The notes under the pieces are model-generated. The model worked only from the letters and a program-made list of their open reading frames with translations. It ran no database searches and was not told the DNA's origin. A DNA stretch of 64,000 nt from Lingula anatina (taxonomy: Eukaryota > Animalia > Brachiopoda), in NCBI GenBank assembly GCA_051362555.1, contig CM120640.1:64768788-64832787 (forward strand). Direction: 5' to 3'. The position numbers and the translations under genes are program-made. Positions 28,990 through 40,700 of this stretch are shown here, one piece after another. Position 1 is the first letter of the stretch. Every line of letters starts with the position of its first letter.

Positions 28990-31445
28990 ATGAGGTGTGT
29001 AAAAGTCGTGAACTTGAATCCTACAGATGCACGGAAATAACTCGCCCAAATTGAAGTGTATTTGTCGAATGATATATTTTAAACATTTGTTTTTAATATA
29101 ATGTCTCTATTTTGTTATGTATTTAAAAGATGATATTGAAATTCATTTGACAATTTCACCTGCCACCACTACTGAAGCAGCTGCTACGTTTTGTGCACTA
29201 CGACCATAATTCTGAAAAATGTTATCTTTTTATTAGTAATATAGTATAATATATTTCTGTTACTGATCGTTAAGTTAATATTTAAATTGTGGAATAAAAA
29301 CATGCATTGCACCTTGTAAATTACAGTAAAATCCCAAGGGACACGCTCACTGACGCTGTCAATGAGATCCTTCGAGCGTCAAGTGAGAAAAAGCGCAAGT
29401 TCACCGAGTCTGTGGAGCTGCAGATTGCCCTGAAGAATTATGACCCAGCCAAAGATAAACGTTTCTCTGGCACTGTCAAGTATGAGAGAAATCATTTTCT
29501 ACTATAGACCTGTTGTGAATTCAGGGGTGCTTGATACCTTGCAGGATTTTAGTTTATGAATTTAGAACAGTGAAAATAAGTTTTGTATTGTGTATTTTCT
29601 GGCCTCCGTACAATTGCAAATTAAACCGGAAAATGTACATTGGTTTATCCTGGATAAAAATGCATGTCCTGCACGGTCCTTCAATCACATTTTCCAACAG
29701 GGAGTCTGGTCGCCAGCCAGGCGGACCTTAACCCAGGGTCTTAAAATAAGTGGGGAGGTCCTTGGGTTCTTATACCCAAGCACCATTACTGTGTTGATAT
29801 TGATTGGATATGGACCTCCACCCAGGGTCCAGAAAAATAAGTGGGCAGGTGGCGTTATGTTTTTTTTACATACTGTCACTGTAAAAGAAATGATACTGTT
29901 TTCATATCAACAAAGGTAATCAAAACCTTGTTTTATGAATGATCTCCCTAAACTAGACTAGTGTATTGGATGCTCTTTAGGTGTAGACTTACCTTTTTAA
30001 TTAATTATTGGTAATTATTATTATTTACAGATAGATAACTGCTAAAAACTCGGAAGTCAAGGCAGCATTTTCACCTTGACATTGTTTATTTCAGGCTGAA
30101 GCATATTCCCAGACCTAAGATGCGAGTCTGTATGCTTGGAGATGATGCTCATTGTGATGAAGCTAAGGCCAATGATATCCCCTCCATGAATGCTGATGAT
30201 TTAAAGAAGCTGAACAAGAATAAGAAGTTGGTCAAGAAGCTGGGTAAGAAATTTCAATAAACAGCAGAATAGCTCCCAAATATTTGTTAAATTTCCTGTA
30301 AGTTGAATATTTCGTTAACTTGGTGGTGGTTTGTCAGTTATAATGACTTTTAATAAGTTTGTTAATTTAAAATTAAAAAATGTTGGGTAGTATTTTTAAC
30401 TTAATTTTACCAAGTTAAGTGCACAAAGTGAAAAATGGTACTTTTCAGTGATGTGAAAAACGTGTAACCTGAAACACATTGTAGAATTATTCAATGCTCT
30501 AGAATTTCTGAGATTTGATACCATTCAGCATTTTTTGATGGTCAATTAATTAGAATGCAAAGGTGACGTTGATAATATAAATGACTTTTCATCAGACAGT
30601 GGGATTCTAATCTTTCCAGCTAAGAAGTATGATGCTTTTTTGGCATCAGATTCTCTGATCAAGCAGATCCCGCGTCTGTTGGGTCCAGGTCTAAGCAGAG
30701 CTGGCAAGTTCCCCACCCTTCTCACCCACAGTGAGCCCATGACTGGGAAGGTGGAGGAAGTCAAAGCCACCATCAAGTTCCAGATGAAGAAGGTGAGGAG
30801 CCCATCATTTGTTTTTGAAATTCGAAGTAAAATTTATTTCCAATGACATATTTTGCACCTTATGCAACTGTAATTGTCCAAAGTCGCAGTAAGAATGAAA
30901 ATGTTATGGATTAGGTTTTTTTTTGGACACGAAATTCTAATGCACAGAAGGTATTTTTTTATGTGTAATTTATTGTTCAGGTATTGACCTTTCTATTTTT
31001 TGGAACATGAACTATTAATTTGAAAACCATAACTGTGATGAGCAAGCAAAATCAATTACAGGATTTCCGGAGTAAAAACAACTTGATTGTGAACAGTAGT
31101 GTTTAATTATCATGTTGACTCGTATAGAAATACTCTCTTATATTGATCAAACCTTGAGAAAGATATTTGTATGTCAGTTATGTGAAACCGTTTGATAGAA
31201 AAGAAATAAGCAGCCCCATTTATTATTTGTAGTGTTGAAGAAACATATTTCATAAAATTTTGTTCGGTTTCCAGGTGTTGTGTCTTGCTGTTGCTATCGG
31301 TCACGTAAACATGGCTCCAGAAGAATTAGTGGCAAACCTGAACATCTCCATCAACTTCCTGGTGTCTCTGCTGAAGAAGAACTGGCAGAATGTGCGTGCC
31401 CTGTACATCAAGACGTCTATGGGACCTTCACAGCGAATCTACTAG
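28990..31445 (+). CDS. RPL10A: 60S ribosomal protein L10a (uL1), 5 exons
   Basis: ATGAG|gt then SKIPRDTL...[28 protein letters not shown]|[16 protein letters not shown]...KKL|[32 protein letters not shown]...FQMKK|[11 protein letters not shown]...[23 protein letters not shown]. Confidence 0.98.
30434..30525 (+). ncRNA. Candidate intronic box C/D snoRNA (SNORD45-like target region in 18S rRNA)
   Basis: In RPL10A intron 3: C box GTGATGT (30448-30454), D'-like CTGA (~30469), D box CTGA (30508-30511), and a 7-bp flanking stem AATGGTA/TACCATT. The guide GCTCTAGAATT (30496-30506) is complementary to the conserved 18S sequence AAUUCUAGAGC. Confidence 0.6.
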
Positions 31446-32685
31446 AACTGAACTATTGACTGTGATGTTCAATAAGACATTGTGTAGACCCAGTAGAAAA
31501 ACATCTTGTGGTCATGAATATGAGTGTCAATTGTCAAATGAAATAAAAGAGAAAATTGTACTCGTTTATCAGTTTCTTTGTTTATAAATGTCATCGTATC
31601 ATTAACCGCGTTGACGACGCAAAGTAATTTCAGCGTCCGTTTTGTTGTGTGGTGATTCTTTAAAACCTGCATGCAATATTCTGTTGTTACTGAAGACGCG
31701 TTTGTGCTGCATACATGTTTTTCATCCTTGCCTCGTCTCTTCAAATATCTAAGTCGATTTTGCAATATTTGTTTTGTAAATATAAATGGTGCGGTACAAA
31801 GAAAGAAGAGATCGTCCCGTGTAGCATCACCACCGATCGAATAGTTGCCTAGAACGAATTCTCTGCAATTCCCGTCGAATGTATTATTGCTTACTTCATA
31901 TGGTAGACAATTTCGAGTATACACTGAACATGATCCAGGTATGATGTTATTAAAAACACAGTGGGAGACAAATTAAAATTTCTCTTAGGCTATCCACTGT
32001 ATTTACTGAGTTTTCACCTTTCAATTGTTACTGTAGGGTACGACCGCAGGCGCCATAGTTTTCATTCACTAATTACAACTGAAACTTTAATTTGGACTTG
32101 GCTTGTAAAGAGGGTCGTAAAAGTTACTGGAAATGCCTTTTCCATGTTGCTAATGCGTTCTTTTTTTATTCAAGCCCGTTTAAAACTCGGCTGAAAAGGG
32201 TAAAGTAACATATAACCAAACAACTAAGCTAACGTTCGTTGTATGTTGATTTCAATACTATAAAAAATTCGTGTCAAGTACGAGCCAAAATGTTAGTCCT
32301 GGCCTAAGAATGCAAAGACCTTGGAGCCATATACAAAAAGGGTTTCTGAGTTAGAAATCGTGATATTTTTCCATCTTCGTAGTTTTGTCTCCAGTTAAAT
32401 CATTGAATGGTCAAATATTTGACGACGCAGGCCTGTGGCCAGAAGTCAGAAAGTGCTGTACATATGGTTCCTTGCCTTTGTTCCATACACATAATATAGT
32501 CTAAATAATAAATAAAGACTATTGCGACGTAACACAATATTGTTCCAACATATGACTATCTCGTTTACATCTAGAATAAAAATCAAAAATGTTTTACTGA
32601 AACAAGGACTCGCGTCAACGTGTGCTCACGTTGAATAATTACTGACTCAAAACCTGGTACAAGAATTTATATACACGAATGTTTG

Positions 32686-34485
32686 CTACTGCAGCCAGAC
32701 GCGTCTCACCATCCAAGGGACAAAAACAAAGATAAATTGTGAGGCACCGAAATATGCTTGTTTTACAGCACTGTTACACATGTCTGCATTCTCGCAAAAG
32801 CAAATGTCCAGCTCTTCTGTCACCCCACCAATATGCGACACTCCTCGACAACCGGGGCCGGTGTCTATGCCAAGCGTCCTCAAGTACGCCTCTCCCATCG
32901 CTGTGACGCAGCGCTTGTAAACGATACCTGTGTTGAAAAAATCAGTGGATTAATAATGCATAGCCTGAAAATAGAGATTTGTAAATTATAAGAATATGAT
33001 CATTTTCGCAGGGTGTTATCATAGACAAGATGATGATTATTTAAGTTTAAAATGGGAAAATAAAAACGTGATGTATTCTAAACGCTCAGCTGGAACTTGT
33101 TGCCGCAGCGCAACTATTGGAATTTAGACCTACCTTGTTTCAGGCTTTTTTGGCACTTGAGGCAACCTTCTTGTGCTGCTATTATTGCAGCGTCATTGTC
33201 ACAGTCTCTGCACACGTAGCAGTCCATTGCCACGGCTGAAAATTGAGCAAAATATTACTTCTTCACATATTTTCCTCATTTTGTCATATAATCCTTTATG
33301 TAATACTTGTGCTCTCGTCGACAGATGCGAATTTGTGTCATTCAAAATGGGTGATACTCTTTTAATGTCTTTTTAAAAACATAAACATTTATTCAGTCAA
33401 CCATGGTTCCTAGACCATGAAAGGAATTATCTGTTATTATTAAAGAAAATTAATGCAACAAAGTTCAAGGGAAGAGAATAACTCTTACGTGATAGTATTT
33501 AGCTGGAGTGCCACTTAATGTGTGCTGTTTAACATTAAAAAACAATTACGACAATCGACAAAATCAATTATTGAAGCTGTATATACACACACAATCCACA
33601 TGGCTCTTTTCAACTGTTTTAGCTGTTTAATATTTGTTAATGGTTAGTCCAAGTCGAATGGGGTGAAAGTATTGTTCTCTCTGTTTGTAAAAAGAACACG
33701 ATTGAACGCAAGTCATTTAGTGAGGACTAGTTCAATACATGTCAATGTAGAAGCTGACGTATGTCCTAAACTGGCAATAGGGCCTATATATAAATCAGTA
33801 TCCTTCAAAACGTACAAATTAAGTACACTCCTTTTTTATGTTCCTGTACGGATATTCTTGGAATTTGTTTTTTTTCTAACTTTCACGTTTTTACCCCTTC
33901 TTCGACACATGACCCAAATATTACTTATCGGACTCGTGTTGGAATACAGGTAAATTACGCTACCACCCTGGCATATGTGTGCTACTATCTAGCATATGTG
34001 TATCAATACCATATTGGATGTAAAGGGCCCCGAATGTCCCATTCAGACCTCTTCAGCATGACTACATTAATTTATCAATCTTGACACAGTCATTGTGATG
34101 AAAATGGTGCCACGCCAGCCGAAAGCTTATGGAATTTCAAAATATTAACCAAATGTTGTCTAAATATGTAGTCTTTTAGGATGTCTGTCAGTGTCAGTAG
34201 GGATATTTAGCTCTTTCTGAACAGTTGAAATTGCACAGAGCTAGTGGTGCTGACATCTGTACTGCTACCGTTAATCCGAATCTAATCAACAGTAAAACAC
34301 GGGTTGTGGGAAAACGTCAAAAAGACGTGCTTTCTGTTTAATTTTAAAGCATAGTGTGTGTGCGTGTGTTAATTGGTGTGCGTGCTGATGAGAGAGAGAG
34401 AGAGAGAGAGAGAATCCTTACTTGTATGAAATGCCGTAAGCACCGTCAAGTAAAAAACCAACTGTGTTTCTTGTCGCAAAGTCAT
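32686..34485 (-). CDS. Ly6/uPAR three-finger protein (quiver/sleepless-like), predicted GPI-anchored
   Basis: Exons 34485-34422, 33235-33134 and 32927-32686 give signal MTLRQETQLVFYLTVLTAFHTTVA, then MDCYVCRDC...GCLKC...KRC...GC...ICFCENADMCN (10 Cys, terminal CN motif) and a hydrophobic C-terminal tail. Confidence 0.85.
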
Positions 34486-37400
34486 GATTGAAACTTATAA
34501 TACAGCATCGTCTTTAAACTGTGACTTTCACATCTGCTACGACAGTCAGGATGTCCTCATTTTGTAAGACATCTCAGTTATTAGTATATTCTTTTGCCAG
34601 TCTTCTTGTGGCGTATGTCACGGCAACTCCACAGGGATGTGACTGAATACAACCGGAGAGCTTACTATCCACTCTCAAATCACCGGGGTTGACGTGCGTA
34701 AAGCTAGCAAGATCTGCGCTTTTGTTAAAACAATGTCGTGAACATAAATCCCTTTTCTTATCGTCTGTGCTGACTGCCACAATTGTAATCGATTGCACCT
34801 AAATAACGGAACAAACAAAGTAAAATGTCAAACAACTATATTTATGATGCACAATAAAACTGAGTGTGGAACAAACAGACTTGGATTTACCTTTTTACTT
34901 GCTGATTAATGTTGATTTTTGAGAAATGTTTGTATTGTACATAGTCGAGCTGCTTGCAACCATCTTATAATAGGCAGCTTAATTTTGCCATGGTGAAAAT
35001 TTTCAATAGATCACGTGAACTGGTCTCCCGCTTAGCTCCCAACCTGTTGGAGACATTAGAGCTAGTTAATGTTACGGATACTGGCGGTGTTGAATAAATC
35101 TTATCATTTCATTGCTTGCTTTCGAGATTTCAGGGGTCAGCCTGAACAAATAATGGCATAAAACTTATTATTATTTTAAAATTAAATAATAAGATATTCT
35201 GTCAGAATGTATTTTTTAAAAATTTTATAATAATTTGCAAAGTTATCAGTTCTTTCAAATAAAATTTAAAAAAAGAGAGAGATGCAACAGGCAGTAAAAA
35301 ACTAAAAGTTAATCTGATCACATGTCGACACAGAAGGAAGTAGCTTTACTCACCTGGTTTGCATCTTGTCAGTGGAGCGTTACATGGTGCTTCTCCCCAC
35401 TGCTGTACAGGCTTGAGCAGCCGCAGCCTGACAGACTCCATGTACCTTGTAAGTAACAGAACAGGGTTTTGCACTTTGCCAATACATAAATCTTGATTAT
35501 TATGATTTATCAACCTGTTTACTTAACCTTTGAGGCATGAGGAGGTTTTTATGGAATCGGACATTTAATATCGCTGCCGAAGTTAACATTCTGATCTGCA
35601 GCCGGGTATCTGATCAGTTGTGGTTGTTGCGATATATGAACGAATGCAATAATAGCTGAGAATGTGTGCAAGATGGCGATGTCTCACTCATTGTTTTGTT
35701 TTGGGATGACTTTAGTAAAATATTCAAGATTTAATTAAAAAAATTGGTTTTAATAAATTTAATTTGTGTTTAGTCTGTAGTGAGTGTTTCAGACGTATAA
35801 AAGAGTTATTGGCAAGAACGACACAGACTTTCTATTTTTGTTTCACGTTTGAACAAGCTTCGCAAGCCCCTAATCCAGGCACTAAGCACTCCGACTACTG
35901 ACTCTGGGAGTCTCATTACAGTCATTAACGTCTTTGTGAAGGGCTTCGTATATTGCACTGGTCGCACCTCACATAACCGTGAAGTAAGAGCACAATGAAC
36001 GCATCACGGAGCAATGAAAGTGAACCAGTGATGTCATTTCAGTAGTTTTATCATTTATGTGCGTCCATTAAATTGTATATAGTTCGCATATTCCAGAAAA
36101 CCACTAAATGGTCGAAACGGTCGATCTCAAGGAAATCTACCATTTAGCACAGATTTAGGCCATTTAATTATTGGTTTTCTGGAATATTGCCTAAACGTTT
36201 TCCTAAACGTGTTTGATCTGTCGGGCGGTGATGTCTGCAGAAAAGGGTCCAGGTGGCAACGATATTCCGCACTGGTATTTTTAAAAGACATCATTATTTT
36301 TCAGGTTGTTACGTGATTATTTCAAAATGGGATATGTGAGAGGGCGTCGGACTGTGCGGGAGCACTTGAAGCCGACACTGCCAAACTAAATGTTATAAAC
36401 CAGCCAGGCTGTATCTTTCGTGACGTACTGTATAGCGGAAGGAACTCAAGATCACCAGTGAGCCAAAAGTAAAGATTGAAGCCAAGAGGAAGCCAATGTC
36501 AAATATTAGAAGAGTTTCATACCGTCTCACCGACAAATTCGCACCTAACGCGCCTTTCTTCTTCTGATGTGTTTTTCACTACTTACCAAGAACCCCAGAT
36601 TTAGAAACACGAAAATCTCTGCGAACACTGTGACGTCGGCAGGGGCTTCCACCTCTGAGCGGATACATAAACAGACACGGTTCTTCTCAAGCATTCAAGA
36701 CGGTGTTTCTGAAGAGGAATAAGCATGTGGATTCTTGCTTTACTAGCAAGTTGCTTGGCCTTGCGGTGCTCTGCACAGTTTGATACGGGTAAGATGTGGG
36801 GATTAGCGTGAATGTCGTGGATAAAGCTTTTCATTCTGGTATTGCATGCGTTTTATATGAGATCTGCATCTTTATTTTCAGTTTATATTATTTCAAATCA
36901 GAATTAAGTTGCAAGCACAGTGGTTGTCTTCCAGACAAATACTTTAGAGGATATTAAGAGTTTTAGATAATTATTATTAATTTCATTTTTATTTATGATT
37001 GTATATCATGCAGGTTAATATTCAGAAAGATGCCTTAGAACGACCACAGCTCTTGTTTACCGTTGTTTGTTGACCATGATTTGCACCGCGCGCGTTCTCG
37101 GACCTGTGTTCTTCAAATAATCAATTTATATCATAGCCATTATTAAGTTTGGTATATTCAGTCTCATAAAACAATATTTGATTGAAATAGCAATGCAGCG
37201 TGCATGCAAGTTTTTTCTTTGGATCGGATATGTGTTGTGCTGTGCTGCCGTTGTATTGTGCCTGGCAGCTTTTTTTCTGTCCTGGCACGCACTCACCGAG
37301 TGCTTCTATTCCAGTTGCTAGGATGTTTATTCGAGAAAATTGAAATGTGTTTCAGATTATAGCACTTGTTTTCAGCGGTGCATCCCATCCGTATTAAGCA

Positions 37401-37754
37401 ATTTGTCCACAATTTGGGGCGGATGTTTAGGATACATTTCTGGCTTTCTGTTTCCCGAGCTCGGACATTTCCAAATGTAGGCCTACACATTTACGAATAC
37501 GCGAAATTGCAAAGGGTGCAATTTGCAAAACTGCAATTTTGACTTTTACACCATGTTATATAACTAGTTTTACGTTTAGATTAGACATTGCCTTGAATGA
37601 GAATATCAGTGCTAGACTTTTGAGAAATTTCCAGATAGTCGCATCACCAAGTCAGATTAAATGCATGCACCATAGCAGCATTTTCTTGCCTCTGTGCTAC
37701 TTTTCATATTTAAATAGCCAATATATTACAACAAACTTTGTATAATCATTTTAG

Positions 37755-40700
37755 AAAACGTGTATCAGTGTATTCCACTGGAAGCTCAGGAGGCGCTGTT
37801 TAACAAGACGCTGGCGGTGGAGAACGCTGATGATAATGGCAAGCCCCTGTACCAGCTTCTGTATGAAGACGAAAATAACCAGGGCAACACTTACGAACGT
37901 TTTCGTAAATACACCTGTACGTATATTACTGTGTTGTCGGACGCGTGTACACGTAATTGAATATATTGTTTAAAGTTTATCAAAGCATTTGATAGGGGGA
38001 AAACACGCTCTATGGATACATGACTTCTTGGGTTGTTTTTTATTTTTTCCTTTTTGTTACTTTCCCCACAGTGTACGTTGTTTCTAACCATGAGGCGTTT
38101 GCCAGCGTACTTATTCGGACTGAAGTGATTTCTGGAGATCCTTCATGCGATGCTGGACGTCTCCGGGGATCTCATTTGCTACAGGACTTCGAAGACTGTC
38201 CCTATGTATTGATAAACAAGGACACCCAAAGTAAAAGCAAAGTTGCTTTTCGATGGGTGGCCCCGAGATGTGGTTGCATTAAGATAAGGTGAGCTTAAGC
38301 AGAGCCATAATAGCACTGAACGAGAAGAAATATTTAATATTTACCGCCTTCGATGTCATTTCTAAAGTTACAAAATTTATTATAATTGTATATCACGTCC
38401 GAAAAAAATTTTTTTCTTGTGGGCGATATTTTTCTCGATTTATTCGGTTGAGTGTGCTTTTCAGGAAGACACATGAGAACGTTTTATTTTGGGTACGCAT
38501 GTTGTTCTTGTAAATGGCACAATTAATAGAGGGCTTGATGTACATATGTGTTTTCTTCTTTTCCAGCGCTATTGTTGTTGGCAGTGAGAAGATAACATAC
38601 AGAGATGGTGCTCTGACCAAATTCATCTGCGAAAGATCTGGTATCCATTGAACATATGTTGTGATTTCTATATACTGAGACGTTTTACAATGTTCATTTA
38701 GATTATATTAGATTTGATTAGTAACATTAAATCAAAATTTGTTGTTTCTATTTTTCTAAAAGTAATATGGCCTGTTTAAATCACTGGACTGTCTGTTAAG
38801 GTATTATGGAGTTTTTGTTCGTACAATATATCACTATTACCATTTATAATATATACTGTATTATATGTCCTAATTAAACAGACGAAAGTCCACAGGGAGA
38901 GGTTCCCGACGTATTTCCAGAAGAATTAGAAGTGGAAGTTCCAGAGGATTTAACAAGCGACCTACCCTTCAATCCTGTGGATCCGTTGGAACCTTCTAAT
39001 GACCCATATGTACTGTCATTTAATGAAACCGAAGACCCATTTGAGCCCACTGAAGTCCCACCAGAAGAACCATTTGAGCCCACTGAAGACCCATTAGAAG
39101 AACCACTAGAACCAACCGGTTATCCACTTGAAGAGCCATTTAACCCCACTGAAAACCCACTACCTGAACCCACCGATGATCCATATGATGAACCATTTGA
39201 ACCCACAGAAGATACATTTGAAGAACCAGTAGGACCCACTCAATACCCAGGTGATACGTTTATCAAAGGTGCTATTATTTCTGTGTGAAAATAGTTTAAT
39301 TGGATCTCAGTTTTGATAGTCAAAAAATTTTCATTTATGATAGATCCAGATATTTGATTTACCCGTTAACTGTTTCGTCTGTTCACTCTGACAAACTTGG
39401 TCACAACTCATGACCACAACTTGTGACCAAGTCTGTCAGAGTCAACAGACGAAACATTCAACAGGTAAATCAAATATCTGGATCTATCATAGATGAAAAC
39501 TTTTTGACTATGTTATTATTTCTGTTGGTTATAATTTCCTCTGTCTTCCCGAGATAAATAATAGAATACTAAACAAGTCGTATATATCCTTAAAAGGGAT
39601 TAGGCATTATAATTGTGTGCAACTTATCCCAGATATTCCAGAATCTCCTTTGTTTCGCTATAAAACTTTCTACATCTTCCCTAACAAGCCCTTTGGAGCT
39701 GTCAAATATTAGATCACTATCTTCTGTATGATATTTTATTACAATTGCCAGGTATCTTGAACAGTGCACTAAATAAAGTCACGAGTATATATTATCTCTG
39801 AGTAGATTTTACCATTAGTTTGAATCTCTTCTGCACCCCTATCTGACAGTCAAGCGCACAATGCGAAAGCCAAACAACTCGACTTGCACATCAACAACAA
39901 TATCCTTTTTTTTTTACTAAAAAAACATAAATCAAATCACTTTGATATGTTTACCAACTAAATTCAAATAATACGCAAATATCGCTACCTTTGCAGTCCT
40001 ACCCCTAGCGAGGAAATTATCCAACAGAAGGTCGTATTTCTAAATCCCATGAGCAAAGTACTGAACAGACGTGGGCCTCTCAGAATACAATTGCTTTTTG
40101 TAAACGAATTTACGTAGGGAATAAGAAGTTTTTATCATTTAACTGACATTTCATCAACAGATAATCATAAAATGATGACAACATACCTACAGTGCTTCAT
40201 CCATTGAAAAACAGGTATGAAATTAAATTGACGTTTATCCTCCAGTGTTCCATTTTTAGGTGCATTTTCTGAAGAGGGTTACGCCGATTGGCTTTACAAG
40301 ATGCTGGAAAGACACAGGAGACAAAGACATGACGACAGATGGGCTTATCACGGTCGTCGCCCGCATCATCGAGGATGGGAGATGCAACATTATCACGGCT
40401 GGGGCCCAATGCATCACCGCCGTCATCCCTCTTTTGGGCATCCTGTTTATCGGCCTTGGTTACCTGCCCCTCCGGTGAATAGATAGAAATGAATAAGTTC
40501 ATCTTGTAGTGTTTTTCGCTGCCATTTAAATCAAGAAACCGTAAATTTGGTATCGTTGCCATGTTGTTATACTTTTATCCAAACCAGGTAACTCATTAAT
40601 AACAGATATCATTCGAATGTCACAGTTAAATTAAGTCACATAAGAAATTTGCAACATATTTATGTTCAGTTTATGTTTCCAGTTAGGTGCATGTGAACTA

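Noticed and set aside
29128-29216. Possible C/D snoRNA in RPL10A intron 1
   Set aside because: The C box has two mismatches (ATGATAT), there is no convincing stem, and rRNA complementarity is only ~8 nt.
31033-31097. Perfect C box GTGATGA in RPL10A intron 4
   Set aside because: No canonical CTGA D box at a suitable distance and no recognisable guide.
31469-31924. 151-aa minus-strand ORF
   Set aside because: Antisense to the RPL10A 3' region, with no recognisable motifs or exon context.
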